This document shows, piece after piece, positions 1 to 11,356 of a stretch of 64,000 nt of DNA. Position 1 is the stretch's first letter; every line of letters begins with the position of its first letter. The DNA comes from Haplodiscus bocki. Taxonomy: Eukaryota. The notes beneath the pieces were generated by a model. The model was not told the DNA's origin, made no database searches, and saw nothing but the letters and a program-made list of their open reading frames with translations. Position numbers and translations under genes: made by a program. The stretch covers positions 70,246,001-70,310,000 of the forward strand of contig OZ296654.1 of the NCBI GenBank assembly GCA_965655095.1, written 5' to 3'.

Positions 1-336
1 TAACTCTTTTCCATGGGTATTTTTAACCCAAGAAAATCATATTATTGCAGCCTAAGTAAACGTGCAAGCTTCACTTTAAGAAAACGAAATAACCAAAACT
101 TGCGACACAGTAATAACAAGTTATTGAAAACAGTAAAACTATAATATTTTCCAACAATTTCATTGACTAAGCATGTTGGTCGACCAATAAATTGGAGCTC
201 TAACTCGGTTGTACATAAGCACCAAGTAATGAAATTTGATGGACCGGCGTTTTAAACCCACGCGGATTGACCCGAAGTTAATGAACCAAACTATATTGTA
301 GCTTCGTTATAACGATGAAGAGGACTTTTAACTGAC

Positions 337-544
337 CTTATTGACGTTACCGAATATACAGAGCAGGTTGAACAGTTTTTGTGGTCCAAACTTATCTTCG
401 TCCAAGTTGTGAATCATGAGCACACTAGGAGCATAGTCGTGACCTTCTACTGCCGAACTGGAACCAGCAGCATACGCTCCTGACCCTCGACCATAGGCCA
501 CCAAACCTCCTGGTCCGATGTCATCGATTGGTACGTAAAAGGCT
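337..544 (-). CDS. HNRNPL: hnRNP L-like exon 8, start of RRM3; gene continues beyond the window start
   Basis: tttatttcag acceptor and AAG|gtcagt donor. Encodes ...APSVLMIHNLDEDKFGPQKLFNLLCIFGNVNK, matching SPVLMVYGLD...VFNVFCLYGNVEK. Confidence 0.93.
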
Positions 545-1530
545 CTGAAATAAACGAATCATATTTAGAGAGCACTAATGCACGCTCAAGTCCGATCTTT
601 TTGCAAATAATGAAAAAACTTTCTGGAATCTTTTCATTTGTTTCAACTGCTCATTAATTAAAAAGATTGCTTTCAATTAAAAAGTTGCAAACCATTGCAG
701 TTAGTTTTTTCACCGCGTAAAGAACACTCTTAGCAATCTAAAGGCTCGTCCTTCCTGTCCAATGTTGTCTACTGTGTGACGCAGCTGGTGGCATGCTAGT
801 GGCAGTAAGAACTACAATATTAGCGATGGTCAGCGCTGCGCATAATGGCTTACTAAGCCTCATATGCAGCTGTCTATATCTGGTACCCAGACACAGCACT
901 ATACATACAAGACAATGAAAATTAGATTTTCTGCGCCACGGAAAATGGGTCCAGGCAAAAAGCCGCGTATAACCACCAACCAAAACCATACAAATTTTCT
1001 TGAAAACATCAAAGGGTCCTCCTTAGGAAGTTTCACGGCAATAAGTAAAACCCCCTTTTACACTGAATTTTCTGAAAATTTTTCCAAGCATGAAGGACTC
1101 CCCTTTCAATATGTACCGTTCTCGGCATGTTTTCAAAATCATTCTCAATCTGGGAGATGAGTCACGGTTACTCTGGTGTCCTTTAAAAAGTCATCTTCAT
1201 GTTTACCAAACATTTCGCATTAAGTTATGCGTTTACTTTACCTTGCTTAAAATATGGTAACATGAGAGAAAACCTCCAACGAAACATAACACTGTTTCCA
1301 CCCCTCAATGCTTCCCATATTATTTTGCAAAAAAGGAAATACTTCAAATCGGAGACCAATTTTCTTGAACAACTTCGTTTTCTGATATATTACGACCTGA
1401 GTTCCCTTCAAAAAGTACTTCCACATAATTACGAGCAGCTTAGGACTAACATTTCGAAATGCTCAATTGGAACCTTTTTCAAGACCATTAGAGGTTTTTG
1501 AAAATGAGGTCAAATAGAAATTATACTTAC

Positions 1531-1561
1531 TCATGCTCCAAACCAGAAGGCGCTCCTCTTC
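1531..1561 (-). CDS. HNRNPL: hnRNP L-like 31-nt microexon (GRGAPSGLEHE)
   Basis: ggttttag acceptor and consensus gtaagt donor. Its phase 1 to 2 is exactly what joins 2425 to the CAG acceptor at 545 in frame. Confidence 0.78.
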
Positions 1562-2424
1562 CTAAAACCAAATGCAATGTGTAGACATAAATTTTTCAGG
1601 GTCTCCCCACTAACTATTCAAAGTTTTCAGCTTCGATTTCTAGAAGGTCTTGATCAGGGTACATCCAAAAAACTCACTTCATTTAATTTCTCGACTTTGT
1701 CCGACAAACCATTCAGCAAAAAAATAATATCGAAAAACTTCTGTAAATTAATTTGTGAACTGCCTATTCAAAGATGTCAATGACCGGATTCGCAGAAACC
1801 TTTGATAAACCAACAGAAACTAGCAAAAATGTTGAGCTGATGAGTATTATCTTTTCCAAAAAGATCTCCTTATTGGGCGTGAACTTCTTACTTGATAATC
1901 TGCTTTGAATCAAACAAACGCTTACAACTGTATTCTTCCTTTTCTCCATTTATGTTGACGAAAATTCGGCCTTCGAAATCTGATCCAGTTTTGAAAATCA
2001 ATCAACTTTCAATCAGCACCTTAATTATTTGGAAAAAATATTTGAGGTTCTTCTAGTACTGCACTTGTCCTAGAACGCCTTAGAAAAAAAAGTTTTCCAG
2101 ATTTTCGATTGCAATCATTCAACTTCAAACAATCGATATCGAAGCAGGGAAAGTTGTAGTTCACAAAATGATAAATTTAAGTAGCTGAAAATACATCGAT
2201 TGATTATATTCACTGACAATACTTTTCAAATAAATGTACATCCCCGTATATTTAACAGAATAGAATTTTACTGACAATTAACTTTCTGGTTCAATGGAAA
2301 CGTGAGATGCAAAACTATATAAAAAATCTAAACAAAGGAAAACACAAACAATAAAGCGAAATAGAAATACACCCCCCAAAAGCCAGCTACATGGAGTGAC
2401 ATGCTAGAGGAAAAGCGCCCTTAC

Positions 2425-2688
2425 CACTAGATTTGATAGCAACATCTTGACCATAGAACCCGGAGTCCAATGCAGTTGCAAGTTCACCTTCACGTCTTCT
2501 GTTTCGTCCAGGGGCGGAAGATTTGATACCACGTGTTTCGTACTCGGGTGCCATCTGCACTGGGGCACCTCCCCTAGAGGATCTCAAGCCCCCGTCGTAA
2601 ACCTGTCTATATATGGCCCCGCCTGTTATTTCAGGAGCAGGTAGAAGACCGGGGTCGATTCGTCCAACTCTTCCAGCTTCAACTCCTT
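2425..2688 (-). CDS. HNRNPL: hnRNP L-like exon 6, Gly/Arg-rich RRM2-RRM3 linker
   Basis: cttctttcacag acceptor and G|gtaagg donor; 264 nt open, phase 1 to 1; GC-richer than its flanks. Confidence 0.82.
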
Positions 2689-5600
2689 CTGTGAAAGAAG
2701 TTAAGGTATTTAATAACAATCAAAAACTAGTCAATTTTGAACAAAAAGGCATGTTGCACAAGACCATGTCTTTTAGTATTCTCATTTGATGTGTACTTCT
2801 TAGGGATGCTGAAAATTGAATTATATATTCAAATCTGAGACAGTTGTTTGACTTCGGTGAAATATTGAATCAGAAGTTTATTGTATCTTCAAAAGGTTAA
2901 GGGTGTCAAAATATGTAAAGCCGAAAGGATTGATGTGCAATAATTTATATTATCATGTGGAAGTTGGCATTCGTCTATTGAATTACTTGACCATTATTAT
3001 GGTGACTATAGTTGTGAAAAAAAAACCATGTATGTTCAAAACACTGCTTTGCACCTATAACCCGTACGGGTGTATAATTTATAAACTCCTCTCATTGTTG
3101 TGTCACTTTAACTTCGGCAGAAAACTGACCGCAATAAATGATTGCAATAAATTTATATTCAAATAGCAATAGCTACGTGTTTTGTGACTAATTGAAGAAA
3201 TACAGCTTAGCTCGAATTGAAAGTACCCCAGATTTGAAAACAATGTAACTTACACCCACGAGTTATAGATAGAGGAAGAATGTCCTATAATAATGACGGA
3301 GTAGTGCTTCCAGAAGTTACTCAAGCAATTTGCGATAGAAGTTTCTTGGAGGAGTATTGCCATAATTGCATTTTGTCCCAAAACACACCAGTTTTTTTAA
3401 TTTTTGTGCAATTCATTTCATATGCCGCGCTAAGCTTTCATCAAATGATTCCATCAATTGTTTTAATAGATTTCAGATTTTCTCATTTAACCTCGAAGCT
3501 AGTACAGATGTGAATATAGTTTAAATTAAAAATAGGTCATATAACATAGTTTCATATGACACGAAATTTCAACTCGTGCGTCCATCTTTGATGATTTTGA
3601 GTCCAACAATATAACTTTGACTCCTCAAGCTGTGGTGAAGTCTGTAGATATGAAATACATTTACAGAATGCAAGTGAGAAATCGGAAGGCTAAAAGTTGA
3701 CTGAACTGAGAAACTTTAGGCAAAAGGGGAACCAATGCAGTAAAATTTACGATAAGGTCTTCGTTGACTCGTGTTTAACAAATGTACACATAGCTATCGT
3801 TTTCTATCATGTCGACTATTTCGTAATGAGCCAAGTATGCATTGAATACAATCCATGATCTAGATTTGAATCAAACTTTTATGACAATTCATCACACACT
3901 CGATCAAAAAACACGAGCTGATGCGCCATGAAACTATGTAGAAGTGCGCCTGTAGTACTCGAGTTGAGTACTCCAATGTTAGACTAAAACTGAACAATTA
4001 GCACTTATCATATGTTGTCGTAAATGATTATTCAAAGCTCACATTTGATACGTTTTGTTCTGATGCTAGGGCTGGCCATGATTTGCAAATTGATCCAACA
4101 AATTAGTTTCGCGTACGAAAATGCCCCCTTCAGGGCACAGAAATTTCTGAGCCAAAATATTTGTCCACCATGAAGCTACCAGTGAAAATTTCTGCTAGTT
4201 TTTGAATTCTTCAGAAAACAAATAAGCTAGTGTGATCACTTTTGTACTGATTTTTAAAAAATGTAAATTGGTTTCCATCATTTTGCACCATGATTCGAAA
4301 ATTTGTGAAATACGATGAGAAAGGGTTTGCTTCACAAAAATAATTTATTTTGATCAGCACATCAGTTTGCAAAATACGAAGGCCAATGCTTTCTGCTTTC
4401 TCCAGTAATTCAAATTTCCTGAAGAAACAACAGTGACAACGAAAGAGCTCCTGACTCATTGGCTAGTTACGCTGCCCAAAAATATTGAATAAGGCTGGTA
4501 GCTGATTGGTTCCAGCGTCTTTCAGCTTATTCAGCGAATACATAGGATGAATAGACAAAACCATAGGCATCAAGGCTGCTAGGCATTAAGCTCTAAGAAT
4601 TTAAAAGAGTGAAAAAAATAAATTTATCACGCCGATTCGCAAAGAAAAGTATGAACTGGCCGAAATCATCAAATATTCCCATTGCGTGAAACATTCGAAG
4701 CATCGAAAGCTTCGAATGGTTTCATAATTTGAATTTTTTTACGTTTTGAAAAGTTTGCATTTTTTTCGACGCTTTGAGAATCAGTTTTTCGACGCCATGA
4801 ATGGCCTTAAATAATCAGGACAGTAAGCAGCAAAGAGTGGTGTCCGTTATAGCTTCAGGAGGCGAAATAGTTAACAAGACGACCGGCTAGCATCGGCATA
4901 TTTTTCGCCCGATTACAAAGTGATCAAATTTTGCAAAAACGAGAATACTATTTCTACGCTAGTTTCCAAAGGTTTTTCACAAAAATCAATTCCACCACAG
5001 ATTTCTACAATTCTTGGCATTATCGACTCCCCTTTTCCCCATAATTATCGCTCCGAATCAAAGTACTAAACTCGAAAATTTCTCTGAACCACCTTCTCAA
5101 AATTCAAAACTAACTCGTGAGATCTTTATCGTGGAAATCCGGCCAGTACTTTTAGATCGAATGAGTCTGACTAAAGACAAAAGCCACTACAAGCCCCACT
5201 TTTGCCAATTTCAACAAAAGAAATTACGAATGCAGGGAACCTATTTCGAAACATGTTTATCGAGTAACCTTATACACAGATAAAATTGTAAACTGAGACC
5301 TTGGCGGAAGAAGTCCAGTCTGTAGTTTTAGAGACAGATGAATTGGAACCTCTCAAGAAAAAACATATGCATATTCAAGTTTTGGAATTTTCAGCCAATC
5401 AAGTTTCCGCTGAGAGCTCAAGTTTTCACATTTGAGTTCCATTCAAAATTTCAAACTTGTCGATTGACGTCTTGATAGAGAAATTCAGACGGTAGCTCTG
5501 GAAAAAATGGATTCCAATACAAAGAAGCATCATACATATGCATAGCTTTTGACAATTGGGGCCTAATAAATTTTCGAGAGAGGATGAAAAAAGTAGACAT

Positions 5601-7744
5601 GAAAATTGAATCAACCTGTACAAAAACACAATTGTTGATTGAGACCTAGACGGAAAGAATCTTGACAGTTGCTTGGAGTGAAACCGAGTTGGAATATCCA
5701 GACGATCAGAACAATATTCAATATTTGGCTAGTTTCGCCCATCAAGTTAGTGCCGCAATGAACTAAATGATTGTTTGGCAATCAAGTACCTTCTTACGAG
5801 TAGAAAAAGGTCAATTCACACCCTGTTGGACCAAACGCTGCCAGCAGTCATGGAGAACAAATTGCTTGATTCAGGAAAAATCGAGACTTTTGCCCTTTCT
5901 GGCTGTTTCGGTCCTTACACTTTCTGATGTAAGAAACGTTTCCCAAAATACTGTTACTGAAAAATGATCAACAATTGCATAAATGCTGATCGAGAAATTC
6001 AGCCAGTTGAAAAAATCGAACTTGGTTATCAAGAAAAATTATACGAAAACGCATTCTTTGGCATTTTCCGACCAACAGGGTTGCGTTGCGAGGAAGGAAG
6101 ACATTCCCGTACGCTTTTACACGTCGTCTGAAATCTTGATGAGCAAAATGAATCCTCTGGTTTTTGAGAAAGGCAGGTTTGTTATTCAGGAAAATCAGAC
6201 CACTTCGACATTTTGGCTCTATCGGTTCATGAGGGTGGCGATGCAAGGATATTTTCCAGGAACACTAGCCATTAGCATCGACCGATGTCCTGCACATAAA
6301 ATTTTACTCACCGAGACCATGATTGAAGTAGAGGTTGTTTTGAAAAGAATCGAGTCCGTTTATCGAGACGATTTAAACAATTATTCATTTATTGACAATT
6401 TTTAGGTATCAGATTTCCGTTCGGAGGAATAAAACACAAAAGTGGACATCGATTCGCAACTTACAAGTAGAAAAAAGTCAACTTGGCCAGAGAAACGTAG
6501 CCGGTAGTTCTGGCGAAAATTTAGGTTTGGGTTGAGAAATATCAGCAATTTTTGTTTAATTCCATCCAGAAAGGTTCCAATTCAAGAGCCGGTATCGAAG
6601 ATATTGTTGATGAAGGATGTTTCGCAAGTAGGAGGGTGTCGACTGAGATATTGACGGAAGGGTTATGGCCAATAGCTATGAAGGAAAATTAGTGCGATTA
6701 TCAGGTTGACCTTACGTGAATGCAGTTCTGGCTAATTTCAGTCACAGGGGTTTCTATTGTAAAGGTCATATAGCAAGAGATTCTTTACTAAAAACTGTTT
6801 TACATGGCGAAAATAGTCGAGTGAGACGTTGCTGGGTCCAAACCAGCAGGTGGTTTTGAAGATAAATACGTTTGAAGTTCGATTTAGCAAGTCACCCGTC
6901 CAATACTTTTAGCAGAATTGATCTTTATTGCATATACCAGCTTCTGAAACCGAAGTCCTCCGATAACGAAGGCACTTCTATCGGTGGAAAAATGTCGATT
7001 GTGGCCTGCTTGAAAAAAGTCCATTCGACCGTTCTGAAAGAATGACCTTCAGTATCGAGGAAAAAACCATATGTTTCTCAAGCTTGGTTTGACTCCAAGT
7101 ACTCTACAATGCACACAATGACGTGTTCCAGGAAAAATGTTCATGAATTGTTTTTTTTTAATGTTTAAGTCCCAGATATGAAAACAATATAACAGGTACT
7201 CGAGGAATCCTTTCAGCAAAACAGTTCAAAATTTCAGACCAGAATTCATTACATCATATGAAAATCTCAAATTCGGATAGTTGAAAAGGATCAAAAATTC
7301 CAATTTCTTGTCAATTTTTCTAAATTCGGAACAAGTTCAATTGATTCATCTATGTGGAAAAAAGGAATCTTTTCAGAAAACAGTAAACCCTAAATTATAT
7401 CGAAGAAAACTGTGAAGTGGAACAAAAAGAACCAAAAATGTACTTAAGTTTCAGGAAACATAAAACCAACTTGAAAAAGATTTGATGCGTTCTATGTTCG
7501 GGTTACCTATCTGCTGTTACACCGCATGTTATATACATGTAATATAGAAGAGGCTAATGGATCTGCAACACGAAGTTCGAGTGACTTTTGAAAATTTGCA
7601 AAAGGAAAAAACTGCAATACTGAACTGACTATTTTCCTTTCCCAAAACTAAGGAACGGTAAATAACACACGCTGAAAATACGTCAAAGTCTACGCTGCTT
7701 ATCTGTCCGGCGCGAAAGCTTCCGTAAATCCTAAAAAGGTACGA

Positions 7745-8160
7745 CAAATTTTTGTCTCACAGTACCGAAAAATTAGTATGGGAGCCCTGTTGCTAGTTCT
7801 GGAAGTTTTTGGCGTTGCCCATTTGTCGGTTGCCAAAATTTTGGCGAACCATAAAGCGGGTTACACAGAAATTTGTCGAAAAATTTTTGTCTCAGTGGAA
7901 AAAAATTCTTGTAGCGGCCATTTTGGTGTTGCTGAAAGTTTCTTGCAGCGAAAATCTATGCGAAACGCGGGTATCATTTTTCATCAAAAACGTTTTGTCT
8001 GACAGTACCGAAAAACTTCGTGGGGGAAACCTTCTGTATTTCTGAAAGCTTCTGGTATCGAAAAACTTTATGCATAAGTGGAGGTATCACGATTTTCCGT
8101 CGAAAATATTTTGTCTCAGTACCGAAAATAATCGTAGAAGGGACCTTTTGGTGTTTGCGA
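7745..8160. repeat. Degenerate ~120-bp tandem repeat, about 4 units
   Basis: ttttgtct(ca)cagtaccgaaaa-like core at ~7750, 7884, 7993 and 8110; a related unit near 9100-9155. Confidence 0.75.
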
Positions 8161-8410
8161 GTCCTTGCCTGTGCTTGGCATAAAACAACATGCCGGAGAA
8201 AACAATAAAGGAAAAAGTAGAAACTTCGTTCTGATCTTGAAGATAATAATAGTAATGATAATAGAAAAACAAAGTAGCAACAAGAGTCAGCATTTTATTC
8301 ATAAAGCGCCGACTAAAAATCGGCGGAAATTATTAATTTTGATAGGAGTGGAAAACCAATCCTCAAAATTCAACATCATATCAATAATGTAAACAAATAT
8401 ATAAGTAAAG

Positions 8411-8470
8411 GCTGGGATTCGAACCCGTACTTACCGCTTCAGATCCCTGTTGTCCTACCAACTGTGCCAT
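8411..8470 (-). promoter_or_regulatory. tRNA-derived Pol III promoter (SINE-like head) with a degenerate tandem copy at ~8525-8585
   Basis: A box TGGCACAGTTGG (8469-8458) and B box GGTTCGAATCC (8425-8415) at tRNA spacing; no proper cloverleaf. Confidence 0.6.
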
Positions 8471-11064
8471 GGAAACCATTGGAAATTCTGACAAATGCCA
8501 GCGATATGATAAAAATATATGGCACGACAGAGATTCAAGCCCGGACCTACTGCTTGAGAAGTTTTTGTCCTAACCTCACTGCCGAGATCTATTTTTGAAT
8601 AAGAAGAGTTAGCAAAAATACACTAAAAACAAAAAAAAGAAAACCCTACTAAATGAATTTTTCTTACATATTCCAAAATATGTGGCGAAAAATAATTCAA
8701 ACTAAAGCTAAGAACTGTGCTTCACTATCACTCAGCCTTGTTCATTCCGTCAATCACTGCACTTCCGCGAAAAAAGTAAAAGCTATAAGCATTGAGTTTC
8801 ACTCAATGCCTAAAAGAAGTTTTGTTTATAAGATCACACTTTCGAGGCTCCGATATAAAAACATAGCCACCCTCATCGTTCCTGCAAATTCGAATAGAGG
8901 CGGAGCAAACTTCGCAACATATTCTGAATCATCCGCTGAAATTAAATACAGGCAGTACACAACGAAGATTCGGAGACATTTGAAAGCATGATCGTAGACG
9001 TGATTGACACTTCTAGAAACAGCTGCTAATCAAGCAAGCCTTTGTTTTATTTAGTCGAATTGACACAAATACCTAAAAAGATGTGGCTTTTCCGTCAAAA
9101 ATGGTATGATCGCGTTTTTCTCGTAAAAAATTTCTCGCTCAGCACTGAAAATTTATTAGAGTGTTTACGGAACAATATATACTGTCTGGGTTGTTAGTTC
9201 AAGTATTTGTGGTATATGTTATATTGGCAAATGCAATGGGGATTTCATGGTCCAAATTTGCTACGTACAAAGATTTTTTTTGCTTCCCTCAAAATAATGA
9301 ATGCCCTGTAAAATTTGGTGCCCGACCAGTTTGTAGCTTTACGAGGTGGGAAAAAGCCACGGTAACATTCGGGCAATTTTCTTATCAAATGCGCCCGACA
9401 TTCTTTCATGAAGTAAATTTAGAGTAAATTTTCGATGTTCTAAAAACGGAAAAATACATCAGAGGAAGCTAAATAAGCAGATTACAGTTTCTGCGAAAAC
9501 AACCGCCCATATAGTGTAGACCTTGGTTTCCTTATTTTTATTCAATTTTTCTAAGACCAGCCCTAGCTTTTACTTTATGTGATTCCAGTGAATTCATCAA
9601 TGAGTCCCTTGCTAAATTTGCAATGGAAATAATTGTTTAGCAGCTGCTTTGTTAGTGCTTGCATTCTTCCTTCATGCCACTGCGAGCCACGAAGATAAAA
9701 TTGGAATATGGTTTTATTTGCTCAGAGATGTCGGTAAGTTATTCATCCTGCTCACAGACAGGTCAATCTTCACGCAAGCAGCACTCTTTGGGTCGTAATG
9801 AACAACGTAATGCTAAGGGTCATTTGATACAATTTGTACATCACAATCCACCATAGTTTCCAAGATGCAGTAGTCAGGACTTATTCCCGTAAAACAACAC
9901 ACCTAGTAATGTAACAACACATCACATTGCCGATGCTTCAGAATATTCCACCAGAATATATTGCCGATACATAATATATCGTCAGCTTGGGGACCGGAAG
10001 TTCTGAGGTTCGATTCCATGTCATGTCATTGCCTTCGTTACTTGATTGCCACTCAAGCTCTGAATGCCCATACAAAAGCCACTTGTAAATATCCTATGGT
10101 CACACGTTGAATTTGGGGGATCGCTGCAATTAGATTGAAAAAGTGTTTCAACACCTGTAACATTGGAATCTCAGCATGCGCGCCAACAGCAACATCATTA
10201 AATATGTCGAAACTGCTGTTGCGTAATTTCGAACAAATCAGAAGCCGAATATTTTGTCGCTATATTCACTCAAAATTCTGTCTCTTAAGATATGCATAAT
10301 ATGAAGTGCCAATGACCAGGGATGGGAAATTTTGATAAAGTGAGCTTCTTAATTTCGTTGATTCGTCAAGCATCTTTTAATTAAATTCATTTCTTGAATT
10401 TTTTCTTGTGGTATTGTCGGGAATGATAGCCCATTTTTTTTTCAAAAAATTAATGTGTACATGATGGTGAATGTTACTTAGTGTTTCATATTTCAAAAGG
10501 TGTTTTCCTTTAAATTCTCTCCCATCAGTGTTCACAGGACAGTTTAGCGAGTGAAATGCTCAGCGAAATATGGCAATTTAGCCGCTGCACCTTTTTGGAT
10601 CATTCCAAGTGAAGTTATTTCCCATAACATGTAACTCCCGAAAATATGGATTTTTCAATCGGTTTATGGGAGAGGCAGTCTTGAATATCATGTGATCGTG
10701 TTTCGCAAAGGTAAAGGTGTTCGCATTCACGCTTTGTTTCTGATTCTGAAACAACTTCTGACTTCTGAAAGGATCCTTTATTTGATGACGTTCAGCGTGA
10801 CCTCTTTCCATCTGCTGTATAGTCATTGGTTGTTTATTGTTTAAATACCTGTTGTATTGATTTGTTGATCTGTCTCAAATGCCGAAGCGATGCAGTAGTG
10901 ATGCAATGCATTGATCTCGTCATTCCCTTTCTCTGTCTTTCTATTAATCTTGTACTTGCATTTCATTATCTTCTGCTTGTCCCACAAAAGGTGCTTGTGT
11001 CTGTTGTGAGTGGCCCTTAATATCAATGAAAATAAATCTTACATTTTGCAGAAAACGGACTCAC

Positions 11065-11165
11065 ATCCAAAGCGACTTGACCACCTGACACAACTTTGAA
11101 CTCCGAATGAACTCTGATGTAAGGTAATATCGTCTTCACCAATCGAACGAGAAGCGACAATTGGT
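11065..11165 (-). other. Candidate poison (frameshifting) cassette exon, 101 nt
   Basis: gggtttttcag acceptor and GAT|gtgagt donor, 130 nt downstream of exon 5. Inclusion puts TAA at 2628-2626 of the next exon in frame. Confidence 0.5.
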
Positions 11166-11295
11166 CTGAAAAACCCAATCACGTATCTTCATCAACTGTC
11201 AATCAAATGAAAAATGTCGATTGACATGACCCCTGAAAAAAGTAAAAACCACAGTAGCTTCAACACAAAACTTCCATATGCTTCACTATAATAAC

Positions 11296-11356
11296 CTTCA
11301 GCCAATTTCGCATTGTACGTGTCCTCTGTATTTCTCGTGACCTTCAAAGTCTCCGG
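11296..11356 (-). CDS. HNRNPL: hnRNP L-like exon 5 (PETLKVTRNTEDTYNAKLAE), equivalent of vertebrate exon 6
   Basis: gttttag acceptor and a weak gttatt donor; 61 nt, phase 0 to 1, bridging exons 4 and 6. Aligns by eye with PTRLNVFKNDQDTWDY. Confidence 0.82.

Noticed and set aside
738-989. Minus-strand 83-aa ORF as a possible hnRNP L exon
   Set aside because: No suitable donor and not needed; the 31-nt microexon already reconciles the phases.
3850-4065. Intronic box C/D snoRNA (TGATGA on the minus strand near 3890) and a 7-bp hairpin at 3954-3972
   Set aside because: No matching D box or terminal stem at a suitable distance; the hairpin is short enough to be chance.
8411-8470. Functional tRNA gene
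   Set aside because: A and B boxes are present but acceptor and anticodon stems do not pair; treated as a tRNA-derived repeat.
10770-10815. TLNVIK peptide resembling the exon-6 motif RLNVFK
   Set aside because: Followed immediately by TAA; the true match is 11296-11356.
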